NCBI GenBank assembly: GCA_951406725.2
Contig: OX597814.1
Span: 81,778,001-81,842,000 of the forward strand
DNA length: 64,000 nt
From: Octopus vulgaris
Taxonomy: Eukaryota
Direction: 5' to 3'
Shown: piece by piece, positions 38,815 to 51,189 of the stretch
Layout: each line of letters opens with the position of its first letter
How positions within the stretch are numbered: the stretch's first letter is position 1
Made by a program: the position numbers and the translations under genes
The notes under the pieces: model-generated
Database searches by the model: none
The model's input: the letters and a program-made list of their open reading frames with translations, nothing else
What the model was told of the DNA's origin: nothing

Positions 38815-39600
38815 GGTGCCGAGCTGGCAGAATCGTTAGCACGCCGGGCAAAATGCTTAGCGGTATTTCGTCTGCCGTTACGTTCTGAGTTCAAATTCCG
38901 CCGAGGTCGACTTTGCCTTTCATCCTTTCGGGATCGATTAAATAAGTACCAGTTACGCACTGGGGTCGATATAATCGACTTAATCCGTTTGTCTGTCCTT
39001 GTTTGTCCTCTCTGTGTTTAGCCCCTTGTGGGTAGTAAAGAGATAGGTATTTCGTCTGCCTCTACGTTCTGAGTTCAAATTCCGCCGAGGTCAACTTTGC
39101 CTTTCATCCTTTCGGGGTCGATTAAATAAGTACCAGTTACGCACTGGGGTCGATATAATCGACTTAATCCGTTTGTCTTTCCTTGTTTGTCCCCTCTGCG
39201 TTTAGCCCCTTATGGGCAGTAAAGAAATAGGTTCGACTTCACGTTCTGAGTTCAAATTCGCCGAGGTCGACTTTGCCTTTTATCCTTTCGGGGTCAGCAA
39301 AATAAGTACCTGTTGAGTTATCGACTTTCCCACTCCCCCGAAATTGCTGGTCTCGTGCCAAAAATTTGAAATTAATATTTTTAAAGTAATTGAGGCAGCG
39401 AGCTGGCAGAATCATTAGTGCGCCAGTCAAAAATGCTTAGCAGCATTTCGTTCATCTTTACGATCTGAGTTCAAATTCTGCCGAGGTCGACTTTGCCTTT
39501 CATCCTTTCAGAATCGATAAAATAAGTACCAGTCAAGCACTGGGTTCGATGTAATCAACTAGCCCCCTCCCACCAAATTTCAGGCTGTGTTCCTATAGCA
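38815..39600 (+). mobile_element. tandem cluster of family B SINEs
   Basis: A full copy at 38815-39045, then head-less or partial copies at about 39046-39230, 39238-39370 and 39394-39600. Confidence 0.85.
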
Positions 39601-40219
39601 GAAAGGAATGTTTTAAACATAACTTGAGGCACCTATAGAAATTCCATCTCTTATAAATTTCCTGATTTTATTTTGACGTATACTCATATATTTTTATGAC
39701 ATTCTTTCATTCTATTACAGATTTAATGATAATTGTGTAGAGACAATGCATGAACGTTATTGAGAACCACAGTGTTCTGTGCACATAGGTTAGCTGGAAT
39801 TTCATGGGCAGCTTTTTTTCGGCATGCATTTTGGTGAGTTTCTCTATTCTTTTCATAACCGTATTCCAACTTCACTTTATTTGACGGGAAAAAACCCCAC
39901 AAATAACTCAAGTGGATCATCGGTCCATCCAAAAACGTTTGTTGGTACGGATTTGCCTCTTCAATAGCAGATATGAGAACTTACTGATACTTTATTACTT
40001 CCCGCATCCAGCCAGTTTGGTATACGTCGCCTAGATATCGGAAGGGTCTCTTATCATGATGATGATGATGATGATTAGGAGGAGGAGGAGGAGGAGGAGG
40101 AAGAGGAAGAGGAAAAGGAAAAGGAAAATGTAAGTGGAAAGAACGACGAAATGAAGATAATTACAGATAATGATATAATATAAAGAATCAGTAGTGTGTG
40201 CGTGAGAGTGTGTATGTGT

Positions 40220-40260
<41 letters not shown>

Positions 40261-40810
40261 CAGCATTAATAATTCTCTAAAAGAGATATAGACAGTAACT
40301 GCTCGATAACATAAGGGACTAAAGCCATCTGAATATGGCTAGGGACAGGGCAGGGTGGTGGGGGTGTTACTGTTGCATTTAGCCCCAGGCGAACATCGAC
40401 GTCGCCAGATAGGCCCGACACCGTCACGGTGTCCTTTAACCTGCAAAGGGAGATAATTCCCCGATGAAGCGGAAACCACACACGGACCATGGTTTCAAGG
40501 TGTATTGCCTATCGTCAACGTGTGGTAGGCCTCCGCTTCCTCGACGAAATCTCACTCTGCAGGATATTCATATATAGATTTTCAAGCAAAATACATTTGC
40601 TGATTTCGAAAATCTGTTCGACAGCAATAATAATTCTCTAAAAGAGATATAGACAGTAACTGCTCATCTCCCTTTGCAGGTTAAAGGACACCGTGACGGT
40701 GTCGGGCCTATCTGGCGACGTCGATGTTCGCCTGGGGCTAAATGCAACAGTAACACCCCCACCACCCTGCCCTGTCCCTAGCCATATTCAGATGGCTTTA
40801 GTCCCTTATG

Positions 40811-40814
<4 letters not shown>
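40261..40814 (-). mobile_element. non-coding hammerhead-containing element (retrozyme-like, 361-nt unit with terminal inversion)
   Basis: 44-bp direct repeats at 40261-40304 and 40622-40665, a perfect 149-bp inverted repeat at 40306-40454 and 40666-40814, a minus-strand HHR, and (TA)n on both flanks. Confidence 0.7.
40462..40543 (-). ncRNA. type I hammerhead ribozyme with extended stem I
   Basis: Minus strand GAAGCGGA-ggcctac-CACACG-TTGACGA-T-AGG-caataca-CCT-T-GAAAC-CATG-GTC^CGTGTG-tggtt-TCCGCTTC. Predicted cleavage is between 40485 and 40484. Confidence 0.75.
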
Positions 40815-40872
<58 letters not shown>

Positions 40873-40992
40873 ATATATATATATGTTATATTTATGTTAT
40901 ATATATATCTATATATATGTTATATATAATTACACACAAGCACACACATACACATACACACTCTCTCACATACACACACACACGCGCGCAAC

Positions 40993-41460
40993 AGGTTAAA
41001 AATTTAGGGCAAAAAATAACAATACAGAAAATAAAGTGAAAACAAAAGTTAACTGTTATTTTAATGAGCAATATAAGATTAAGGAAGTGGAAGTATCTTT
41101 GACGATTCGAGCTTAGGCTCTTCATCAGAAAGTTTCACAGACTGCAGGATGAAGTATAGCAGAGGGAGGATAAAAATAAAAATAAAAACGGATATAGGGA
41201 AAAGCACTTGTTCTGTTTCACATTTAAGCATACACGCGCGCGCGCACATACACACACAAAACAAGAAGGAGAAGGAAAGATAAAAGAGTGGGTGTGAGAG
41301 TGAAAAGCAGAAAATGAGGCAGACGGAATGAAAGAGAAATAGAAAACAAGAAAAGTAACAACTTGTGGCCCGTTTAGATAGAATAAACTGACAATTCTCA
41401 AACTGAGAAAAACGTGTGGCCATCTCACTTCAAAACATTAGTGAAATCTTTGTAGTCAAT
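40993..41460 (-). mobile_element. probable Penelope-like element 3' terminus
   Basis: Pyrimidine-rich minus strand, an HHR, then about 100 nt of T-rich tail ending at a microsatellite, as in the other PLE ends. Confidence 0.45.
41097..41132 (-). ncRNA. minimal type I hammerhead ribozyme (one core mutation)
   Basis: Minus strand CTTT-CTGATGA-A-GAGC-CTAA-GCTC-GAATC-GTC-AAAG, with GAAAC changed to GAATC. Confidence 0.65.
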
Positions 41461-42525
41461 CCCCTTCATTAACAAATAGACAAAATGTAATTTGCATTCA
41501 TATAATTCCCGTTTCTTTGATGTGGCATTTGTTGGATAAGTTAAAAAATGTTTTAAAAATCTTAATTTTATTAAACATAAATCTCTGTGTTGTTAAGAAG
41601 CTTGCACAGCACCTTGAGTAAGTGTCCTTTATTATAGCCCCGGGCCGACCCAAGGGCTGACTCTTTGTGAGTAGGCTTGGTGAAGAAACCATGTCGCATA
41701 TATATATATATAAAATACATGAAGTACAGGACATCACCAACGAGTGAAAAATACGTTAGCACACGAGTGATAAGTAAACATAAAATACCAAAAATATACA
41801 ATAAGAACAGGACATCACCATATATATATATGTATGTATGTGTGTGTGTGCGTGTATGTATGTATGTATGTATGTATGTATGTATGTATGTATGTATGTA
41901 TGTATGTGTGTGTGTAAGTGTGTATTTGCGCTGTTTGTCCCCCAAACTCTCTTGAAAATCGGTGTTGGTTTATTTACGTCTCCATAATATAGCGTTTTAG
42001 CAAAAGAGACCAATCGAATAAGTACCAGTCCAATGAATGAAACAAGCATAAGATGGCCATAGGTCCGTTCCCTTTTTCAATCCTCGCAGCCACCTCCTCT
42101 CACAGTTAGGATCACTGGAATATACTAGAACATTGACAACAATGTCAACAACAAAATGAACGACTTTAACAACATCCGCAACAAGATTATCTCCAAACCT
42201 AGATATTAAAAAAATAATAATTAAAAAACGTGAAAGAAAACGTAATAAAATAAGCAAAACAAAAGTAAAATACAGATGTAACCAATACAAAAAGTGATTA
42301 TACCCTAAAGGATAATCAGTCATATTCAGGGAGTTGAAGAGAAATATATTGCGGAGAGGTTCTTTTTTTTTTTTTTTTTGGCAAGGAAATAAATGTAAGT
42401 TGGTTTCAGGTCAGGTAACATCGACAGTTGAGATGTCTGTCAGAATTTGATGACGTTATCAATGTACCCCCACCCACAGACGCACACACACACAGACACA
42501 GACACACAGAGACACAGACAGACAG

Positions 42526-42604
<79 letters not shown>

Positions 42605-42731
42605 GACACACAGACACACACAGAGACACATGCACGCACGTCTGTATGTTAGTGTTTATGTATACTCATACAATATATATATATATATATACATATTATA
42701 TATATATATATATATATACATATTATATATA

Positions 42732-43126
42732 CTCTTTTACTTGTTTCAGTCATTTGACTGTGGCCATGCTGGAGCACCGCCTTTAATCGAGCAACTCGAC
42801 CCCGGGACTTATTCTTTTTGTAAACCCAGTACTTATTCTATCGGTCTCTTTTGCCGAACCGCTAAGTAACGGGGACATAAACACACCAGCATCGGTTGTC
42901 AAGCAATGCTAAGGGGACAAACACAGACACACAAACACACACACGTATATATACATATATACATATATACGACGGGCTTCTTTTCAGTTTCCGTCTACCA
43001 AATCCACTCACAAGGCTTTGGTCGGCCCGAGGCTATAGTAGAAGACACTTGCCCAAGGTGCCACGCAGTGGGACTGAACCCGGAACCATGTGGTTGGTAA
43101 ACAAGCTACTTACCACACAGCCACTC
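42732..43126 (-). mobile_element. tRNA-derived SINE, family A (full length, young)
   Basis: A box GTGGCTGTGTGGTAAG, B box GGGTTCAGTCCC, CCTTGGGCAAGTG core and tail GACTGAAACAAGTAAAAGAG. Flanked by (TA)n. Confidence 0.9.
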
Positions 43127-43218
43127 ATATATATATATATATATATATAGGTTTGTATGTATATATACATCTATATGTTGGTGTTTGTGTGTATCTATAC
43201 ATACATTAATATATATAT

Positions 43219-43263
<45 letters not shown>

Positions 43264-43264
<1 letters not shown>

Positions 43265-44924
43265 CCCGCCCTGTAGTCTCCCGCCTCCCTTTTCCCCTCA
43301 CTTACCACCCCGCGACCCTACGTCTCCAACGCACCATTCTTCGAGCTTTCCGTCATCTCCAGTCCGACCCGTCCACTTCACACCTCTTCCCTAACCGACC
43401 CCTCCCCTCTTTCAAACGAGCCCACAACCTTCGAGACCTTTTGGTCCATAGCTCCTTCCCTGACCCTACCTCCCAACCCGGCTCGTTCCCCTGCTCCCGC
43501 CCACGTTGCCGCACTTGCCCTTACCTCTCCAACACCACCCGCCTCACTAACACCCACCATCGACCCTATCCCATCACCCACTCCTTCACCTGCACCTCCA
43601 GCAATATTATCTATTGCATCTCTTGCTCTCTCTGCAATTCCTTGTACATCGGACAAACGGGACGCCGCTTGGCTGACCGGTTCGCGGAACACGTTCGTGA
43701 CATCCACCTTGCGAACGACACACCGGTCTCACGCCATTTCCGCTCCACCGGTCACTCCTTGCAACACCTATCTGTGTTCGGTTTGTCCTTACACAGAGGC
43801 CATCCGGATTCCCGTTTGCGCCGTGAACAGGAATTAATCTTCTCTCTTCGCTCTTATACGCCATTTGGTCTCAACTCTCCCCCCTCCTCATCTAACACCC
43901 CTCTCCCCCTCCTCACCTATCCTTTCCCCCCGACCCCTACTTCTTCAGTCCTTCATCCTTTCACCCCTACTCCCCTTCCCTTCTTCCCTCTTTCTCCCTC
44001 CCTCCTTCCCTCTTCCCCTTCCCTCTGCTCCCTCACTCCCTCACTCCCCTTCTCTCTCCCCTTCTCTCTCCCCTTCTCTCTCCCCCTCTCCCTCTTTCCT
44101 CCTTCCTCCCCCTCATCCCCTTCCTTCTCCCCCTCCTCTCTCTCTCCTCCCTCCTCTCCTCTTCCCCATCCCCCTCTTCCTCCCCTCCCCTTCTCCCCCT
44201 CTTCTCCCCATCCCCCTCTTCTCCTCACTACACCACACGACTTTACACATCACATCATATATGATGTGCCATACTAATACATACACCAACTAATACATAC
44301 TAATACGTACTAATACATACTAATACATACTAATACATACACCAACCCTATACATACACACGTCCAGACCCCTCATACGCACTTATACTCTCTCATACAC
44401 ACACACACACACTTATACATACTAATACGTACTAATACATACTAATACATACTAATACATACACCAACCCCATACATACGCACGTCCAGACCAATCCTAC
44501 GCACTAATACTCTCTCATACACACACACACACACACACACCCTTATACATACTAATACATACACCAACCCTATACATACACACGTCCAGACCCCTCCTAC
44601 GCACTAATAGCTGGTCCTTCAACCCTATTATCAACCCTATTATCAACCCTATTATCTCCCCTTATTTCGCTCTCGCGTCTCATGTTTGATCTTTGACCTC
44701 TGGCCGAAATCAGATCGCCATGTTGATTCGTTAGTTACTGCACGCATTTTTTTCTCTCCTTCTTTCTGTGTTTTTTTTCTCTCTGTGTATCTTTCTGTTG
44801 AAGAGCGTAGGCTCGAAACGTTAAAGACTTGTTTTATTTATATTTCCTGAGCGCCATACTAATACAATTGTTCGTTTGTTTTCCACCTGCCTTCGTTTTT
44901 TGTCTATTTTCATAAAGCTTCCCG

Positions 44925-44925
<1 letters not shown>
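43264..44925 (+). mobile_element. Penelope-like element (Neptune-type), 5'-truncated, with GIY-YIG endonuclease
   Basis: CSRPRCRTC Cys motif, then NIIYCISCSLCNSLYIGQTGRRLADRFAEH...PVSRHF...REQELIFSL..P.GLN (GIY-YIG). Polypyrimidine and tandem-repeat 3' UTR, HHR, and (TA)n on both flanks. Confidence 0.92.
44790..44828 (+). ncRNA. minimal type I hammerhead ribozyme (core CUGUUGA)
   Basis: TCTTT-CTGTTGA-A-GAGC-GTAG-GCTC-GAAAC-GTT-AAAGA. Confidence 0.7.
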
Positions 44926-44972
<47 letters not shown>

Positions 44973-44974
44973 TT

Positions 44975-45237
44975 TCTTTTACTTGTTTCAGTCATTTGAC
45001 TGCGGCCATGCTGGGGCACCGCAGCTAGTCGAGCAAACCGACTCCAGGACTTATTCTTTGTAAGCCTGGTACTTATTTTCTCGGTCTCTTTTGCCGAACC
45101 GCTAAGTTACGGGGACGTAAACACACCAGTATCGGTTGTCAAGCGATGTTGGGGGTGAGGGAACAACCACCGACACACAAACGTATACATACATACATAC
45201 ATACATACACACATACATACATACATACATACATACA

Positions 45238-45331
<94 letters not shown>

Positions 45332-45357
45332 CGACAGGCTTCTTTCAGTTTCCGCCT
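44975..45357 (-). mobile_element. family A SINE (partial)
   Basis: Collinear with 42732-43000, with an expanded internal microsatellite. Confidence 0.8.
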
Positions 45358-45409
45358 ACTAAATAAGCATATATATGTGTGTGTGTGTGTGTGTATGTCG
45401 ATACGTATT

Positions 45410-45610
45410 GGTGTGCTGCAAAGCAAAGATGAACTTGTTGCTCAGTTGACGATCTGCTTCTTTTACCACAACTATTGCATACATATCTCTTCTCAGTTAA
45501 ACGCAATGCAGACTCTTGACGTTGCGTGACATTGTTTGCATGAATGTGACTCTTTAGAGCACTATTAGAAAGATAACGTTTATTACATGATTGGTGAGCA
45601 TATGTTCTTT
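45410..45610 (-). pseudogene. degenerate pair of C2H2-like zinc fingers (LINE C-terminus or ZNF relic)
   Basis: YAHQSCNKRYLSNSALKSHIH and YVCNSCGKRSRSSTEQQVH, with several ligands lost. Confidence 0.35.
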
Positions 45611-46289
45611 CAGGTAGCGAAGATTTATTATCTCTTTCGTTTAAATACTCTTGCGGGGCTAACAAGTCTTAGTTTGAAAAATCGTGTTACAAAGGTCATG
45701 GATATTTATAATGTTGCTTTTTTGGCATCTCCATCAAAAATTTTGCGTGCTTAATGCATGTATAGATATACGATATACATACATATATGCATACGCATAT
45801 ACATAAATATATATATATATGCATATATATATACATATGTGCGTATATATGTAAGCGTATGTATGTATATATATAAACACGGCTCATTATGAAGTTGGCT
45901 GCACAACTAAAAAAATTCAAGGTAATTTATCATTAGGTGTGTAATTCAGAAAGTCCTGCTGTCAGCAGTTTGCCCACGACTGCCGATAAGAGATGAGAGA
46001 TGGCATTGGTACGCAAGAGAAACGTCGGAAATTATTAGGAATTGTTCAAAGAGGACCTTTACATTCGGTGGTCGTATGGATATCCGTCGTTCGACCAACT
46101 GAGTAACTTGAACCTGAACTGATATATATGTGACGGAGCTACGAGTGTACCTTTTGAGGTACAGGTATAATCCATCCGACGGGTTTATATACAGTTTCTG
46201 GTGGCTACCCAATTTCACTCACGAGAGGTTATAAAAAATGACACAGTGGGATCGAACCCGGGACCTCGTAACTGCGAAATTAGTTAGTT

Positions 46290-46760
46290 CTCTCCATGCA
46301 CATAGGGCCGCAACACGATCTCTCCAATCAGCTCTGTTTTCTGCCACTGTTTTGGTCTCATTCCAGCTTCTTCACCCTTTTTGTCTCATTTTCCCTTTCA
46401 ATGGCCCCTCGTCATGTGGTTTTTGGCGCCCTGCTGCTCTTTTCTCCCCAGGCTTCCACTTTAGTGCCACCATACTATCGCTTTCTCGATCTTGTCTGCG
46501 TATGTGTCCGATCCAGTTCCAGCTTCTACGTCTTATTTTGCCACTGATCCTGTTGACGCCCGTTATCGTCTCAATTATGTCATTCCAGACTCTGCAGCCA
46601 CTTGATGTCGAGTATTCTCCTTTTGCATGTGAATTGAAAGCTGTCCGTTGTTTTTTTTTTTTTCTATCAATTTGTGACTTTCCAGTTTTCACACCCATTG
46701 AATAATACTGGTCGGACCAATATCTTGAACAACTTCAGTTTCGTTTTGAAGCCTATTCCT
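46290..46760 (-). mobile_element. RTE LINE C-terminal relic
   Basis: KIRRRSWNWIGHIRR...ALKWKPGEKRAAGRQK matches the RTE motif RR..W.GH..R...W.P.G.R..GRP. Confidence 0.75.
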
Positions 46761-47598
46761 ATGAATAATTGGAGAATGCTATCCGTGATATGGATATTTT
46801 GTTCGTAACTACGAAGTGTTCTTAACTGTTATATTGATAACAGTAATATTTTGGTGTTCTATTCTTGTTTCCTTCCAGGCATGATAATTACAATGTGGTT
46901 GCTTTGTTTAATCTTAGATGACTTTGACTGAGCTGACCTATGATCAAACACGTTTCTAGCCATGACCATCCCGTCCTTCATTCGAGCATTGCATATCTAA
47001 GACTACATTATCCAATGTACCTCACACCTTTTGAAGACGGTGGGATATAATGTGAGAGAGATCTGATTGCTATTTTTCGTTCAGTAGTTGTAGTTGTTTT
47101 GTCCCAAGTTAGCCCTGATTGAGTTAACCTATCAAAGACTTTCCGGCCTTGACTAACTCGTCTCTTTTTTGTCATTGACATAGTTTACACCGAATTACTC
47201 TATCCAATTGGCACCTACTTCTTTTATAAAAGTAGAGTATGATTTGAAGAAAATTTGTTTGTTATTTCTAGAAGGTCGAACTGCCACGTAAAGGAACCGC
47301 CATTCGTTTGTCATTAGCTCCGTAGCTGTTTAACTCCAGGTCAACCCTAATTGGGTAATCCTATGAAATAAGACACTCCAACCGTGATCATCACTCCCAT
47401 CTTTTCCTATGTACAAGGGACTCTGGACGATATTATCTAATGTGTCCATTTCCAGGCAACAGGAGTGTAATTTTATTTTTATGAGAGGGAAGGGTACTGT
47501 CCACGATCCTCTTCTATCAGGGTCTCCGAGACTAGTGTGTGTGTGAGTGTGCGTGTGTGTGTGTGTGTGTGTGGGGGAGACGGAGGTCATTATCCTCA

Positions 47599-47882
47599 TT
47601 ACTGATATCAACTATTACCCTCTCCCGAAATTTACTAACCTTGTACCTAAATCAGAAACCATTTCATTCGATTTCAGTTTAAACCAACATAATTTTTGCG
47701 GCCAATATTTCTCATGGACCCTCGTCTGCTGCGCCACCTGTTGCAGATGTACAAAAATCAACTTTGCCAGTTATTTTTCCAGGAGTCGTTGAAGTAAAAT
47801 ACCAGTCAAGTATTGGGGTCAATTTAATCGACTAACCCCTCACTACAAACATATGACCTTGTTCCTAATTTTGGTTTCAAAT
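47599..47882 (+). repeat. 284-bp local duplication, copy 1 (copy 2 at 50906-51189)
   Basis: Gap-free and over 90% identical by eye. Confidence 0.9.
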
Positions 47883-48062
47883 GCTAGCAACAACGTGAAT
47901 TCCTCTAGGTAGTAGTATTAAACGGGGTGCCAGATTAAGTCTGGTGCACATGAACTCAGGTTGCATAGAATTAAAATAAAGACCACAAGGTGGCTCATCC
48001 GTTGCTCTAACAATTCCACCAACTCACCAGTCTCAAAGGACGGAAAGCAAAATTGCCCCTGA

Positions 48063-48795
48063 TGGGATCTGAATTCAGGCGAAGGGAGCCGGAACAATGG
48101 CGCAAAGCATTTTCTTCTGAAGATCTTGCGAATTCTTCTAGACCCCCCCCCCCAAAAAAAAAGCAAAAGGTAAAAACAACCACAAGAAAAAGGTAGACGG
48201 TTTGCTGAAGACTTCAATTGATTATAGTAATAGGTTTTATTCAATAAGGGAAATTTGCTATTTCTAGTAGGTCGAGTGATTACGTAGATGTACTCTTCTT
48301 GGCTGGTTCTCTTTCGGTGGGAAACTCAGCCGAAGTGGGCCGGATCACTACCGTAAAGTATTTTCTTCTGAAGATTTTGCTAATACTCCTAGAAAAACCC
48401 CCCAACAAAACCAAACGGTTTGCTCAAAGGTTGGAGTATGTCTGGTTATAATAATAAGTTTGTTCAATGAGGGAGATATGATTGTTATTTTTAGCATATC
48501 GTGTGATTACTTTGAGGTACCCTTCTTGGCTGGAAAATTTTCGTTGGGATCTAAACTCAGCCGAAGTGGGCTGGAACAATAACTGCAAAATATTTTCTTC
48601 TGAAGCCTTTGTTGAAGACACCTAGAAAAACAAAACAAAACAAAACAAAACAAAACAAACAAGCAAAACAAAACCAGGCGTTTTGTTCGAGGCTGGAATA
48701 TGTTTGATTATAGTAATAAGCTTGTTCAATGAGGGAGATTTGATTGGTATTTCTAGGAGATCGAGTGACCACGTAGAGGTACCCTTCTTGGTTGG
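48063..48795. repeat. three diverged tandem units of about 240 bp built from SINE debris
   Basis: Recurrent ATTTTCTTCTGAAG, TTATAGTAATA, TTCAATGAGGGAGAT and TTCTTGGCTGG at about 48063, 48318 and 48546. Confidence 0.7.
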
Positions 48796-48920
48796 TACAC
48801 TTTATAAACGGGATAAAGCACAAGGATACTGTGGGAATAACGAATGAATCGTTGGTTGCAGTGCTGATGAGCTTAAATCTTCCTAACGGCCATAAAGAAA
48901 AGGCAGTAGCAATCAACACC

Positions 48921-48984
<64 letters not shown>

Positions 48985-49799
48985 AAATAAAATAAAAAAT
49001 AAAGACACATACAGAAAACGACGGTCACAATCTATTTTCTTAAGGTTTATTAACTAACTTGTAAAAAATAACGAGACCCCAGTTGGGTTGTTAGCAACGG
49101 AACGTAAAATAAAAAAAAAAGAGACAAAATACAACATACAACAACAACAGCAAAAAAGGTAAATAAAAAGTAAGTAGAAGAGAATTTCGAAATCTTCAGG
49201 GTGGGGAATTTTGGTGAACGGGAAGGAGAAAAAAAAAACCTTGTCGGAGAGAAAAAAAGTAGGAAAGATCTAGAAAGTTGTTGAAATTCTTTGACTTAAC
49301 AAATTACTTCAGCTCAGCCCTTTCAAATTATTTGCATGAATGCATTTCTTTTACTAAGGGGATTCGTGGATATTTGCGAAGACACTCCGTAATATCTTAA
49401 AGGGCCATATTTTCCTGTTCTCTCAGTCATTTTCCCTTGTTTCTAGTTCAGTAAAAAAAAAAAAAAAAAAAGGGAAAAAGTACTGAATTCTTGAATATTT
49501 TTCTTTTGGGTTTTAAAGCATCATTTTTTCTTCCTAGTTTATTTATTTATTTATTTATTTCACATTCGTGAGTACATGTACACACAGACACGCCCGCATG
49601 CAACAGAATCATAGAATGGAACTGAGAGAAAGGATGAAAGAGAGAGAGAGAGGGTGGGAGAGAGTGAGTGGGTAAGAGAGAGAGGGAGAGAGAGAAGGAG
49701 GGAGAGTGGTGGAAAGAGGAAAATAGAAAAGTATAAGACATACACACTATGCATACGGACGTACATACATATATCCATACATACATGCATACACACATA

Positions 49800-49843
<44 letters not shown>

Positions 49844-49912
49844 CTTAGAGTAGTGACGGAGTAAATCCTCATCAGCAACCGAAAAGTTTTGAGAATGAGG
49901 ATGGAAAAACGA

Positions 49913-49988
<76 letters not shown>

Positions 49989-50142
49989 CATGTGATCGCG
50001 TGAGAGACCAGACTATCAGATGTTGTTATACATCGCTTGTCACAATGCGCTTTGCATCGGTTTAGCTTTCAAACGATGCTGCCCCACTGGCTAGGCAAGC
50101 AGGCTTACACACACACACACATACAGAAATGAGTGTGTGTGT

Positions 50143-50205
<63 letters not shown>

Positions 50206-50905
50206 TTTGATAGAAGAAAAGTAAGAAAAGGAGAAAAAAGATTGCGGTCGAAATTTAAAGATGAAGATTAAACTTCTTTTGCCTAAAGGATATGACATGC
50301 AAGTTATTTTGGTTATTCTTATTGACACTCTTGTTACTGATAGTTTGCACCTGGAAGCCGGTGAGAGCATTTATCTTTGGTAGTTAGAGTAATCCTGGAT
50401 CTATGAGCTTTCTTAATTGACCCTTGCTGGTGGTACCACTTTTGTGACATTATCTTATTTTGTATATTACGTATAACTTCACTTTTCATTTTACTTCATT
50501 CGGTTAAGGCGACGAGCAGAATCGTTTACATGCCGGGCAAAATGCTTAGCGGCATTTCGTTCGTCTTTACATACTGAGTCCAAATTCCGCCAAGGCTGTC
50601 TTTGTCTTTCAACCTTTCGGGATCGATAAAATAAGTTTCAGTTGGGCCCTGGGCTCAAATAAGTGAAATAAGTACTAGTTGGAGTAGATTTAATCGGCTT
50701 ATCACCTCTCTCCTCTGAAATTATTGGCCTTGTGCCAAAATATGAAACCATTTTACTCCACTCGGCAAGCTGGCAGAATCGCTAGGGCATCGGAAAAATT
50801 ACTTTGCAGTATATATTTCGACTCTATACGTTTTGGGTTCAAATCCTGCCGAGGTCAACAATGCTTTTCATCTTTTTGGGGTCGATACAATAATAATTAT
50901 TTGGG

Positions 50906-51189
50906 TTACTGATATCGACTATTACCCTCTCCCGAAATTTACTGACCTTGTACCTAAATCAGAAAACATTTCATTTGATTTCAGTTTAAACCAACACAAT
51001 TTTTGCGGCCAATATTTCTCATGGACCCTCGTCTGCTGCGCCATCTGTAGCAGATATACAAAAATCAACTTTGCCAGTTATTTTTCCAGGAATCGATGTA
51101 GTAAAATACCAGTCAAGTATTGGGGTCAATTTAATCGACTAACCCCTCACTACAAACATATGGCCTTGTTCCTAATTTTGATTTCAAAT
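50906..51189 (+). repeat. 284-bp local duplication, copy 2
   Basis: Matches 47599-47882. Confidence 0.9.

Noticed and set aside
48864-48900. CTGATGAG as a hammerhead core
   Set aside because: No downstream stem II-GAAA-stem III arrangement.
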